Source of the DNA: Campylobacterales bacterium
GTDB lineage: Bacteria; Campylobacterota; Campylobacteria; Campylobacterales; Arcobacteraceae
Length of the DNA stretch: 64,000 nucleotides
Assembly: GCA_038248665.1 (NCBI GenBank)
Contig: JBBRXF010000001.1
Location: forward strand, 91,083 to 155,082
Direction: 5' to 3'
Shown here: in pieces, positions 45,223 through 54,064 of the stretch
Position numbering within the stretch: position 1 is the stretch's first letter
How the letters are laid out: each line of letters opens with the position of its first letter
Made by a program: the position numbers and the translations under genes
The notes under the pieces: generated by a model
Database searches by the model: none
What the model was told of the DNA's origin: nothing
What the model saw: only the letters and a program-made list of their open reading frames with translations

Positions 45223-47013
45223 ATGTGTGGAATAATAGGAACAAACTTTTTATCAAGTAAATTTGATAAATCCTTAGAACTTTTAAATCATAGAGGTCCT
45301 GATTTCCAGAAATCAGTAAAAATTGATAATAAACAATTTGGGCATACAAGACTTGCTATTATTGATTTGGATGAAGAAGCAAATCAACCTATGATTTTTG
45401 ATGATATTTTACTTGTTTTTAATGGTGAAATTTATAATTACAAAGAATTGATTCACGTGGAACATTTAGATTGTAAAACAAAAAGTGATAGTGAAGTAAT
45501 TATCAGACTCTATCAAAAATATGGATATGACTTTTTAAATAAATTAAATGGAATGTTTTCTTTTTGTATTTATGATATGAAAAAAGTGTTATATTTTTGC
45601 GCACGAGATAGATATGGTAAAAAACCATTTTTTTACTATTTTAAAGATAATAAATTTATTTTCTCATCGAGTGTAAAATCAATTTTAAATCTACTTGATT
45701 ACAAACCAAATCTAAATAAAGTTGCACTTTCTAAATATATGCAATACTTTGTATCTTTTGGTGAAGATTCTTTCTATCAAGATATTTATAAACTTGAAGC
45801 ATCTACATATATGATTTATGAGCCAAATAAGAGCCTTGAGCTTCAAAAGAAGAAATATTATAAGATAAATACCTATAAAGCTATTAAAGACGAAAAACAA
45901 GCTTTAAATGATATTGAAGAGCTTTTATTTAAAAGTATTGAATATAGACTCAACAGTGATGTTGAAGTTGCATCACTTTTGAGTGGTGGAATTGATAGTT
46001 CATTAATATCAGCACTTTATACAAAAATATCAGGGAAAAAGATAAATACTTTTAGTGTAGGTTATGATGAATATAAAAACTATTGTGAATTAGACTATGC
46101 AGAAATTACTGCAACTCATATAAACTCAAATCATAATCCAGTGATTATAAATCAAAAAGAGTATATCAATCATTTTGAACAAACACTTGATATGCTTGAA
46201 GAACCTCATGGTGATAGTGCGGCAATTCCTTTAAATATTTTAACAAAACAGATTCGTAAATCAGGAATTAAAACTGTACTTTCAGGTGAAGGAAGTGATG
46301 AGATATTTTTAGGTTATGATAACTATGCAAAATTTTTAAAATATTATGAATTTGAAAAAAGTTTATCAAATGAACAAAATTTATTTTTAAATGATATTAT
46401 TGGAGCTTTACAAAACAATACAAAAGAGAGTGAATATTTAAGAAGAATTGTTAAAAAACAAAACCTTTACAACTCTTTTGGAGAAATTTATTCAGATATC
46501 CAAAGAAAAAGATTGTTCAAAAAAGTTCCAACATTTAAAAGTGAAACAGCAAAACAAGATCCAGTTGATTGGATGAGTTATATTGACTTAAAGATTTGGC
46601 TAGGAGAAGCTTTATTATCAAAAGTTGATAGAATATCAATGGGAAACTCTTTAGAGGTTAGAACGCCATTTCTTGACGTTAATTTAGTCAATTATATGTT
46701 TAGTATTGAATCACATATAAAAGTTGGCGATACTAATAAATATTTATTAAAAAAAATAGCTTCTAAATATATTCCAGATGTCATAATAAATAGAACAAAA
46801 AAAGGATTTAACTCACCTTTTAATGAGTGGTTAAATAAAGAGTATAAAGATAAAATTATTGATGTTATAGTTGAAGTAAACAATGAAACAAATCTATTTA
46901 ATCATGAATATATTTTACATATTTATGAGTTATCTAAATCAAACAAATTTAAACAACATTTGTACTCACTTTTTGTATTTTCTTTATGGTTCAAAAAAGA
47001 GTATCTTTCTTAA
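45223..47013 (+). CDS. asnB: Asparagine synthase (glutamine-hydrolysing)
   Basis: It has the MCGI N-terminal nucleophile and the SGGIDSS PP-loop. Confidence 0.9.
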   Translation: MCGIIGTNFLSSKFDKSLELLNHRGPDFQKSVKIDNKQFGHTRLAIIDLDEEANQPMIFDDILLVFNGEIYNYKELIHVEHLDCKTKSDSEVIIRLYQKYGYDFLNKLNGMFSFCIYDMKKVLYFCARDRYGKKPFFYYFKDNKFIFSSSVKSILNLLDYKPNLNKVALSKYMQYFVSFGEDSFYQDIYKLEASTYMIYEPNKSLELQKKKYYKINTYKAIKDEKQALNDIEELLFKSIEYRLNSDVEVASLLSGGIDSSLISALYTKISGKKINTFSVGYDEYKNYCELDYAEITATHINSNHNPVIINQKEYINHFEQTLDMLEEPHGDSAAIPLNILTKQIRKSGIKTVLSGEGSDEIFLGYDNYAKFLKYYEFEKSLSNEQNLFLNDIIGALQNNTKESEYLRRIVKKQNLYNSFGEIYSDIQRKRLFKKVPTFKSETAKQDPVDWMSYIDLKIWLGEALLSKVDRISMGNSLEVRTPFLDVNLVNYMFSIESHIKVGDTNKYLLKKIASKYIPDVIINRTKKGFNSPFNEWLNKEYKDKIIDVIVEVNNETNLFNHEYILHIYELSKSNKFKQHLYSLFVFSLWFKKEYLS

Positions 47014-47071
47014 GAAAAAAGATTGTAAAATCATAATAATTACTAAATAATAAATTTTAAAGAGAATAAAT

Positions 47072-47374
47072 ATGACAATATTAATACCTGTAGATTCAAA
47101 AAAAAGACATGAGTGTATTATTTCATCAATTGAAGAAAACAAAGCTTGGGCTTTTGTAACTTTAGATGAAGGTAGAGTTGCAAATGTTGAATTTTTTGAC
47201 AGACGTGAAGATATAACTGTTTGGATTGATTCAGTTGTAGTTATAAATGATTTAGAATATGTTTGGCCTTTTATGGATGAAGGAATTATCGCATTAATTG
47301 CCCCAAGTCAAAAAAGTATAGATGAAATTGTTGAAGCATTTATATTTAAAGATTTACATGATTTTTCTATCTAA
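47072..47374 (+). CDS. Hypothetical 100-aa protein, translationally coupled to the bluB-like gene
   Basis: TAATG stop/start overlap at 47372-47376. There is a faint resemblance to the NifX/NifB-C (Nitro_FeMo-Co) fold pattern, but no firm motif. Confidence 0.45.
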   Translation: MTILIPVDSKKRHECIISSIEENKAWAFVTLDEGRVANVEFFDRREDITVWIDSVVVINDLEYVWPFMDEGIIALIAPSQKSIDEIVEAFIFKDLHDFSI

Positions 47375-47994
47375 TGAAATTTAAAAAAAAAGATTTTGAA
47401 ACACTTACCAATATTATTACCTCAAGGCGAGATGTTAGAGGTAATAACTTTATAAGTAAAAAGATATCAAGAAAAAAACTTGATTTAATTTTGCAATCTG
47501 CTTTACATGCACCTTCAGTTGGTTATTCACAACCTTGGCAATTTATAATTGTTGATAAAGAAAAACAAGAACTCGTATATAACCATTTTACTAAATCTTT
47601 TGATAAGAGTAAAAAATTGTTTATTGATAAACCTCTATATAAGAATCTAAAACTTGAAGGTATCAAAGAATCTGATGTTAATATCGCTGTTTATTACAAA
47701 AAAAATAAAGAGAATATTTTAGGTCAAACCTATATGAAAAGAGCAGGAGAATATTCTGTTGTATGTGCAATACTAAATATGTGGTTAACCGCAAGATCTC
47801 TTAATATTGGTATGGGTTGGGTTTCAATACTAAAACCAAAAAAAATAAATAAAATATTTAATATAAACAAAGATGAGTATAAATTTATTGCATATTTGTG
47901 TTTTGGATATACAAAAGAGTTTTATGATGAACCTGAATTAAAAAAATTAAAATGGAACAACAAAAAAAAGCTAAAAGATTGTATCCTAAATTAA
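47374..47994 (+). CDS. bluB: Nitroreductase-fold protein, BluB-like 5,6-dimethylbenzimidazole synthase
   Basis: The RRDVRGNNF...LHAPSVGYSQPWQFIIV sequence matches the BluB signature region. Confidence 0.7.
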   Translation: MKFKKKDFETLTNIITSRRDVRGNNFISKKISRKKLDLILQSALHAPSVGYSQPWQFIIVDKEKQELVYNHFTKSFDKSKKLFIDKPLYKNLKLEGIKESDVNIAVYYKKNKENILGQTYMKRAGEYSVVCAILNMWLTARSLNIGMGWVSILKPKKINKIFNINKDEYKFIAYLCFGYTKEFYDEPELKKLKWNNKKKLKDCILN

Positions 47995-48047
47995 GCCCTA
48001 TAACATTCTCTTAAATATATAATTCTTCAATTTTTTTAGGAGGAATT

Positions 48048-49112
48048 ATGAAAAAAACAATTACTAAAGTTTGTACATTTGTTTTCTTGTCAATTTTTAT
48101 TTCATCATTAAATGCAAATGATAAAGTGTATAAACTTTCAATGGCTACAACTTGGGGAGAAACTGCAACTCCATTAATTGATGCTGCAAATAATATGGCA
48201 AGATTAGCAAATGAGATGTCTAATGGTAGACTTGAGATAAAAGTAGATTCTGCAAATAAACATAAATCGCCTTTAGGTGTACTTGATATGGTAAAAGGTG
48301 GACAATATGATATGGGTCATACAGCTTCATATTATTGGAAAGGTAAAGATATAAATACTTTACCTTTTACATCAATGCCTTTTGGTTTAACTTCACCTGA
48401 ACAATATGCATGGTTTTATTATGGTGGCGGAATGGAACTTATGAAAAAAGTTTATGATAAACATGGTGTTTTATCATTTCCAGGTGGAAGTACTGGTGTT
48501 CAAATGGGTGGATGGTTTAAAAAAGAGATTAAAACTCTTGATGATTTAAAAGGTATTAAAATGAGAATTCCTGGATTTGCTGGAGAAATTATGGCAAAAC
48601 TTGGAGTTCAAGTTACAAATATTGCCCCAGGTGAATTATTTACTTCTTTAGAAATGGGAAATTTAGACGCATTAGAATGGGTTGGACCATCTATGGACAT
48701 ATCAATGGGATTTCATAAAATTGCACCTTATTATTACACTGGTTGGCATGAACCAGCATCAGAAATGCAATTCATAATTAATAGTAAGAAATTTGATAAA
48801 CTTCCTGCTGATTTGCAAAAAATATTAGTTGTAGCAATAAGAGTAAGTGCTTACGATATGTATATTCAAAATTATGATATGAATGCTAATGCATGGCAAA
48901 AGATGAAAGAAGAGTATCCAAATATTCAAGTTAAAACATTTTCAAAAGATATTATGGATGCTATGAAAAAAGCTAATCAAGATTTAAGAGCTCAAATGTC
49001 AAATGAGAGTCCTTTATTAAAAGAGATTTTAGATTCACAAGATTCTTACATGAAGAAAGTTAGAGAATGGACTAAAATGTCTGATTATTTGTATTTAAAA
49101 GACAACTTATAA
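48048..49112 (+). CDS. TRAP substrate-binding protein, orphan paralogue
   Basis: 354 aa. It aligns over its full length with the 30802-31869 product, with long identical blocks (LGxLDMVKGGQY.MGH.ASYYWKGKDI.TLPFT, REWTKMSDYLYLKDNL). No dctQM genes are adjacent. Confidence 0.9.
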   Translation: MKKTITKVCTFVFLSIFISSLNANDKVYKLSMATTWGETATPLIDAANNMARLANEMSNGRLEIKVDSANKHKSPLGVLDMVKGGQYDMGHTASYYWKGKDINTLPFTSMPFGLTSPEQYAWFYYGGGMELMKKVYDKHGVLSFPGGSTGVQMGGWFKKEIKTLDDLKGIKMRIPGFAGEIMAKLGVQVTNIAPGELFTSLEMGNLDALEWVGPSMDISMGFHKIAPYYYTGWHEPASEMQFIINSKKFDKLPADLQKILVVAIRVSAYDMYIQNYDMNANAWQKMKEEYPNIQVKTFSKDIMDAMKKANQDLRAQMSNESPLLKEILDSQDSYMKKVREWTKMSDYLYLKDNL

Positions 49113-49116
49113 TTCT

Positions 49117-49144
49117 TAAAATAGAGAGATATCTCTCTATTTTA
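49117..49144. terminator. Perfect 28-nt palindrome between convergent genes
   Basis: TAAAATAGAGAGAT|ATCTCTCTATTTTA overlaps the stop codon of the Fe-S subunit gene. Confidence 0.6.
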
Positions 49145-49876
49145 AAATCCGTTTGGATTAAATCCACCAAAATCATCTCCAAAACTATCAAAACTTAAAT
49201 CTTGTGCATAGGGATTTGTATATCCATTTTGAACTGATATATTTTGCAATTGCATAATGTCAGCTTTTGGATCAATATTTTGAGGACAAACTAATGTACA
49301 GGCGCTGCACAATGTACAATCCCATATACCACTTGTTTGTATAGAGTCAAGGATAGGTACTTTATTCTCTACCTTTTTATCATTTAAATATCTTAGTGCT
49401 CTTGTTAACGCAAAAGGGCCTAAAAAGCTTTTATTTACATCATAAACAGGACAAGAGCTGTAACAAGAGTTACATAGAATGCAATTACTTTGTAAATCAA
49501 TCTTCTTTATATCTTGTTGAGTTACTTTATTAGTATTGTTATTTTCAGTTACAGAAAGACCTATTCTTTGGATTAAGAATGTTTCATGTGAAACATCAAC
49601 AACTAAATCCTTTATAACTGTAGAGTTCTTTATTGGTTCTATTAAATCATTATCTTTTAGTATTGTTTTACATGCAAGTCTTTCAACTCCATTAACTCTA
49701 ATTGCACATGAACCACATACACCACTTTTACACCCACATCTAAAGGTTAAACTGTTATCTTGAGTATTTTTTATTTCAATTATTGCTTGAAGAAGGTTTG
49801 ATTTGTTTGTAGAAAATTCAGATATGTAATTTTGTTCAGATAACTCACTATTAAATCGCTTTATATTTATTTTCAT
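49142..49876 (-). CDS. Succinate dehydrogenase/fumarate reductase-type iron-sulfur subunit
   Basis: It has the 2Fe-2S pattern CGCKSGVCGSCAIRVNG...LAC, then CILCNSCYSSCP and CTLCSACTLVCP. The C-terminal tail is an unusual Gly/Phe/Asp-rich sequence. Confidence 0.85.
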   Translation of the reverse strand: MKINIKRFNSELSEQNYISEFSTNKSNLLQAIIEIKNTQDNSLTFRCGCKSGVCGSCAIRVNGVERLACKTILKDNDLIEPIKNSTVIKDLVVDVSHETFLIQRIGLSVTENNNTNKVTQQDIKKIDLQSNCILCNSCYSSCPVYDVNKSFLGPFALTRALRYLNDKKVENKVPILDSIQTSGIWDCTLCSACTLVCPQNIDPKADIMQLQNISVQNGYTNPYAQDLSFDSFGDDFGGFNPNGF

Positions 49877-51468
49877 ATTAGATCCTCAAATTCAATAGAA
49901 TCTTCTGAATTCTTAATTAAACTATTTTTCTCATAGATTATATTTTGTGTTGGATAATCTAATCTAAAATGACTTCCCCTACTTTCTAATCTAATTATTG
50001 CTGATGATGTTACTAGTTTAGAAACTTTTATTATATTTATAAATTCAATAAATTCAACAAGATTTTTATTATAGGTAATTGATTTATCACCTATTCCCAT
50101 ATTTTTAATATTTTTATCTAAATCATCTAATATATTTAACATATCTTGCATTTGGGAATCTGTTCTAAATAATCCAATATTCTTAAACAGTGAGTTACCA
50201 AGTAATTCTTTTTCATTGTAAAAATTGATTTTATTGGGATAGTTATATATCTCTTTAATTAAATCTTTATCTTTATCTAACTGTATTGAATTAGAATTAA
50301 TAATAGAGATGTTTTTTGCATCATTAGAGGCATTAATCCCTGCAATTTTACCAAAAACAACTATTTCTAATAATGAATTACCACCTAATCTATTTGCACC
50401 ATGTATATTTGATTGTGCACACTCTCCACAAGCAAAAAGATTTTTTATATTGGTTTTAGCATCAATATTAGTTTTTATTCCACCCATACTGTAATGAGCA
50501 GCTGGCGTAATTGGCAACAGTTCATCTTCAATTTTAATATTCGAATATTCAAATGCTAAATTTCTCTCTTGAGGCATAAACTCTTTTATTTTGTCTATAC
50601 CTAAATGTCTTAAATCTAAATATACTTTTTCATCTTTTAGTATTCTTTCATATATAGCTCTTGATACTTCATCTCTTGATTTTAATTCATCAATAAATCT
50701 ATTTTTATTTTGATCTAATAAATATCCACCCTCACCTCTAGCGCTCTCACTTATTAATATATTTGAGTTTTCTAAGGTAGTTGGATGAAATTGTACAAAT
50801 TCGAGATTTGATAATTCTACACCAGAATTATAAGCAACAGCAATTCCATCACCCGTATTTGAGTATGAATTTGTAGTATGATTTGAATAAATTCCAGCAT
50901 AACCACCCATTGCTATAATTACAGTTTTAGATAAAAATTCTTTTACTTCACCACTTTGAATATCTAGTGCAGTAATTCCAATACATTGGTTATCTTCAAT
51001 GATAAGATTCAATAGTAAATGTTCATTAACAAACTCTACTTTATCTTTTATACATCTATCATAAAGTGTATGTAAAATTTTTAATCCAGTATAATCACTT
51101 GAATAACAAGTTCTAATTTTTTTTGTTCCACCAAATTTTCTTTGTGAGATTTTATTTTCACTGTTTCTATTAAATGGAACTCCTATTGAATCAAGCCATA
51201 AAATTGTATCTTTGGCATTTTTACACATAAGTTCAATATTTTCTTTTTTTGCTAAGTTGCACGAAGCTTTATATGTGTCATCTACATGAAAATCAATACT
51301 ATCTTCATCTTCATATAAAACTGCATTGATTCCACCTTGTGCTTGAACACTTTGTGAGTGAGTTGGAAATGTTTTTGATACAACTAAAACTTTTGATTTG
51401 TTATTTGAGGCATTTATTGCAGCTGTTAATCCTGATATTCCAGAACCAATTATAAGTACATCATACAT
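49873..51468 (-). CDS. Succinate dehydrogenase/fumarate reductase-type flavoprotein
   Basis: It has the GSGISG dinucleotide fold, AQGGINAV, FHPT, RGEGG, HYSMGG and RLGGNSL substrate/FAD motifs. The position aligned with the covalent-FAD His of E. coli SdhA is Gln. Confidence 0.85.
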   Translation of the reverse strand: MYDVLIIGSGISGLTAAINASNNKSKVLVVSKTFPTHSQSVQAQGGINAVLYEDEDSIDFHVDDTYKASCNLAKKENIELMCKNAKDTILWLDSIGVPFNRNSENKISQRKFGGTKKIRTCYSSDYTGLKILHTLYDRCIKDKVEFVNEHLLLNLIIEDNQCIGITALDIQSGEVKEFLSKTVIIAMGGYAGIYSNHTTNSYSNTGDGIAVAYNSGVELSNLEFVQFHPTTLENSNILISESARGEGGYLLDQNKNRFIDELKSRDEVSRAIYERILKDEKVYLDLRHLGIDKIKEFMPQERNLAFEYSNIKIEDELLPITPAAHYSMGGIKTNIDAKTNIKNLFACGECAQSNIHGANRLGGNSLLEIVVFGKIAGINASNDAKNISIINSNSIQLDKDKDLIKEIYNYPNKINFYNEKELLGNSLFKNIGLFRTDSQMQDMLNILDDLDKNIKNMGIGDKSITYNKNLVEFIEFINIIKVSKLVTSSAIIRLESRGSHFRLDYPTQNIIYEKNSLIKNSEDSIEFEDLI

Positions 51469-51470
51469 AG

Positions 51471-51857
51471 TTAATCCCAGAATTCTTTTAATGGTTCATT
51501 TTTATCCAATGTAAAATCAGAATCAAAAGAAAATTCATTATCTTCCTTTTTTTCAAATACATCTTGTACTTTATCTTCTTTATAAATATCATTGTTATTA
51601 AGTAAAACTTTTTCACTAACTAAATCAGCTTTTACTAGGTTTTTTTCATTCTGCTTTTTTTCTTTTAATGATAAGTATTCATTAATTAGTTCTTCATAAT
51701 AATTGAAATCTAAAAGTATTACTCCTGGTTTTCCATCCCTTAAAACAATGGCCTTTTCTATTTCATTACTATTAAGTTTGTCAAATATATATTTACTTCT
51801 TCTAACTAATTCAGTAGACGAAAACATCTCTTTAGATGTATATTGTAATAATCCCAT
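51471..51857 (-). CDS. Phd/YefM-like N-terminal domain protein with an acidic tail
   Basis: 128 aa. STELVRRSKYIFDKL...EKAIVLRDGKPGVILLDFNYYEELI follows the Phd/YefM antitoxin pattern. There are no TM segments. It lies 2 nt upstream of the flavoprotein gene. Confidence 0.45.
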   Translation of the reverse strand: MGLLQYTSKEMFSSTELVRRSKYIFDKLNSNEIEKAIVLRDGKPGVILLDFNYYEELINEYLSLKEKKQNEKNLVKADLVSEKVLLNNNDIYKEDKVQDVFEKKEDNEFSFDSDFTLDKNEPLKEFWD

Positions 51858-52106
51858 ACTATTCCTTTATGTATTATAATATGTATTATAACACAGATTA
51901 CAATTAATATTTTAGTTTATAATATTGTTAATATTATTATAACTTAATCTATAGATATACGTAATACTAGAAACTATTAAAATATATACAAGCATATTAT
52001 AATTAAATTTATAATTTAACTTTTATTAATAGAATTAATAATATATGAGTTTTTGGGTGTAAATTAGAAATGAATTGTATTTTGAATTATAATTAACTTA
52101 TAAGAT

Positions 52107-52131
52107 ATTCACAAAAAAGATTTTTGTGAAT
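52107..52131 (-). terminator. Rho-independent terminator after phoH2
   Basis: ATTCACAAAAA-aga-TTTTTGTGAAT is a perfect 11-bp stem, 1 nt beyond the stop codon. Confidence 0.7.
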
Positions 52132-52132
52132 A

Positions 52133-53542
52133 TTATTTAGAGAATATTTCTTCAGCCCACTCTGTGATTGGACCTCTTAGAACTTTTTGTAATTTAATTG
52201 CGTATGTATTTACAAGATTATTTTCATTTTTTGTTGATTTTAAAAGAGTTGTTAGAGCATTAGTATATTTATTTACATAAAAATTGTCTATTTGTTTATT
52301 CGATCCCAGAACTACAACTTTACAACTGCTATCAATTCTTGATAAAACCATCTGCATTGTTTTATTAGACATATTTTGTGCTTCATCAATTATTATAAAA
52401 GCATTTGAAAGAGTTCTACCTCTCATCTCCCCTACCCACATAGTTTCAATTCCATAATTACTTATCATTTGCTCAATTCTTGCTGTTACTTCACTATCAT
52501 CTAGTTCAGATACCACAAGGTCTGGATTCTTTTTATTTCTTTTTCTTTTGTGTTCAGTTCTAATTATATAATCTAAACTATCCATTAAAGGATGATTATA
52601 TATTTTAAATTTTTCTTCAAGTCCTGGGAGATAACCAACATCTTCACCTTTATCAAGTGACTCAATTGAATTTCTTATATATATAATCTTTTGAAAGAAC
52701 TTTTGTCTTACTAATTTTAAAGCACCACTAAGGGCAAGAAGAGTTTTACCTGAACCAGCCTTTGCTTCAACAATTAAAACGTTGTATAGATGGTTTAAAA
52801 TAGCATCACTAAAGAAAAGTTGCTCTTTATTTAAAGGAGTTATAACTTGATCTCTAATTTCATCCTCATTTAGAAGTTTTATTCGTTTATTTTGAATATT
52901 AGCAAGGATTACTTGGTCAGAAGATTTAACTTTAAAACAGTAAGAAAAATTATAAGGTTTGTACTCTTTATCAAATTTTATGATTGGTTCATTATCAAAT
53001 AGTGATTCTAAATCCTCAAAGTTGATTGTAATCTCTTTTGAAAATTCAAAATCAAAAGCATCTTTGTTTTTTCCAACAAGTGCATCAGTTTTTATATCAA
53101 GTGAGATGGCTCTTGTTCTGGCCATAATATCAAGTGATAAAAATTCAACTTGTTTTTTATAGTAGTTGTTTGCAAAACTTGCAATTTCCAATATTTTTCT
53201 ATCATTAATGATATTTGGAGAAACATTTTTTATATTAACTTCATACTCTTCTTTTGAAATAATATCAATGATCGTGTTTTTATCATTTTCAATTTTTAAT
53301 CGAATGATTTTATATAAATCTTTTTTTATTGATTCAACTATTATTGCGTTTTCAAGTATTCTTGCAAATTCTCTTGCTTGAAAGTTTATCTCATCAAAAC
53401 CACTCTTTTTGGTATCAATTTCATCTAAAACTGTTTCAGCAAGAATAATTAGATTTTTACCATCTTGAGATAGTTTATAAATATTTGTTGCATCTTCAAG
53501 TAGAATATTTGTATCAAGAATATAGTATTTGTCAAAAGTCAT
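52133..53542 (-). CDS. PhoH2-type protein (N-terminal PIN domain fused to a PhoH-like ATPase)
   Basis: The YILDTNILLED...LDEID PIN acidic residues are present, followed by Walker A EAKAGSGKT and IIIDEAQN. Confidence 0.85.
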   Translation of the reverse strand: MTFDKYYILDTNILLEDATNIYKLSQDGKNLIILAETVLDEIDTKKSGFDEINFQAREFARILENAIIVESIKKDLYKIIRLKIENDKNTIIDIISKEEYEVNIKNVSPNIINDRKILEIASFANNYYKKQVEFLSLDIMARTRAISLDIKTDALVGKNKDAFDFEFSKEITINFEDLESLFDNEPIIKFDKEYKPYNFSYCFKVKSSDQVILANIQNKRIKLLNEDEIRDQVITPLNKEQLFFSDAILNHLYNVLIVEAKAGSGKTLLALSGALKLVRQKFFQKIIYIRNSIESLDKGEDVGYLPGLEEKFKIYNHPLMDSLDYIIRTEHKRKRNKKNPDLVVSELDDSEVTARIEQMISNYGIETMWVGEMRGRTLSNAFIIIDEAQNMSNKTMQMVLSRIDSSCKVVVLGSNKQIDNFYVNKYTNALTTLLKSTKNENNLVNTYAIKLQKVLRGPITEWAEEIFSK

Positions 53543-54063
53543 ATTTTTTTCTCTTTTTTTGGTTTCATTATCACATAAGATATATATACAAATAGTAGCA
53601 CAATAATTAGTGTGAAGAGTATAGAAAATGTTTTAGTAATAACATATCCTACAATTAATATTGCTAACATTGTTGGGAACTCATTATACATTCTAAAAAA
53701 TTTACCACTTTTTTTACAAGAATCAATTTCTAATTCTTTTCTATATTTCTCTAAAGAAAAAGAGTAAACAATTAAAAATAGAAGTGCTGTAAGTTTTGCA
53801 TACATCCATGGGTTAATATTAAAATCAAGTAAAACGGGATTTAAAATTAGCATTGTAATTCCACTTAATATTGTTGCCCACATTGCTGGCATTCCAATAT
53901 ATTTGTAAATTTTATATTCTTGAATCTTTACAATTTCAACATACTCTTTTTTAGTTATATTTTCAACATGATAAACAAAAAGTCTAGGTAGATAAAAAAG
54001 CATTGCCATCCATGACATTAATGCAACAATATGAAAAGTTAAAACCCAAGTGTAATATTCCAT
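53539..54063 (-). CDS. hemJ: HemJ-type protoporphyrinogen IX oxidase (CopD-like membrane protein)
   Basis: 174 aa. The W...FHI.A...WMA.LFYLPRLFVYH sequence is typical of HemJ/TIGR00701. Confidence 0.75.
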   Translation of the reverse strand: MEYYTWVLTFHIVALMSWMAMLFYLPRLFVYHVENITKKEYVEIVKIQEYKIYKYIGMPAMWATILSGITMLILNPVLLDFNINPWMYAKLTALLFLIVYSFSLEKYRKELEIDSCKKSGKFFRMYNEFPTMLAILIVGYVITKTFSILFTLIIVLLFVYISYVIMKPKKEKKI

Positions 54064-54064
54064 T

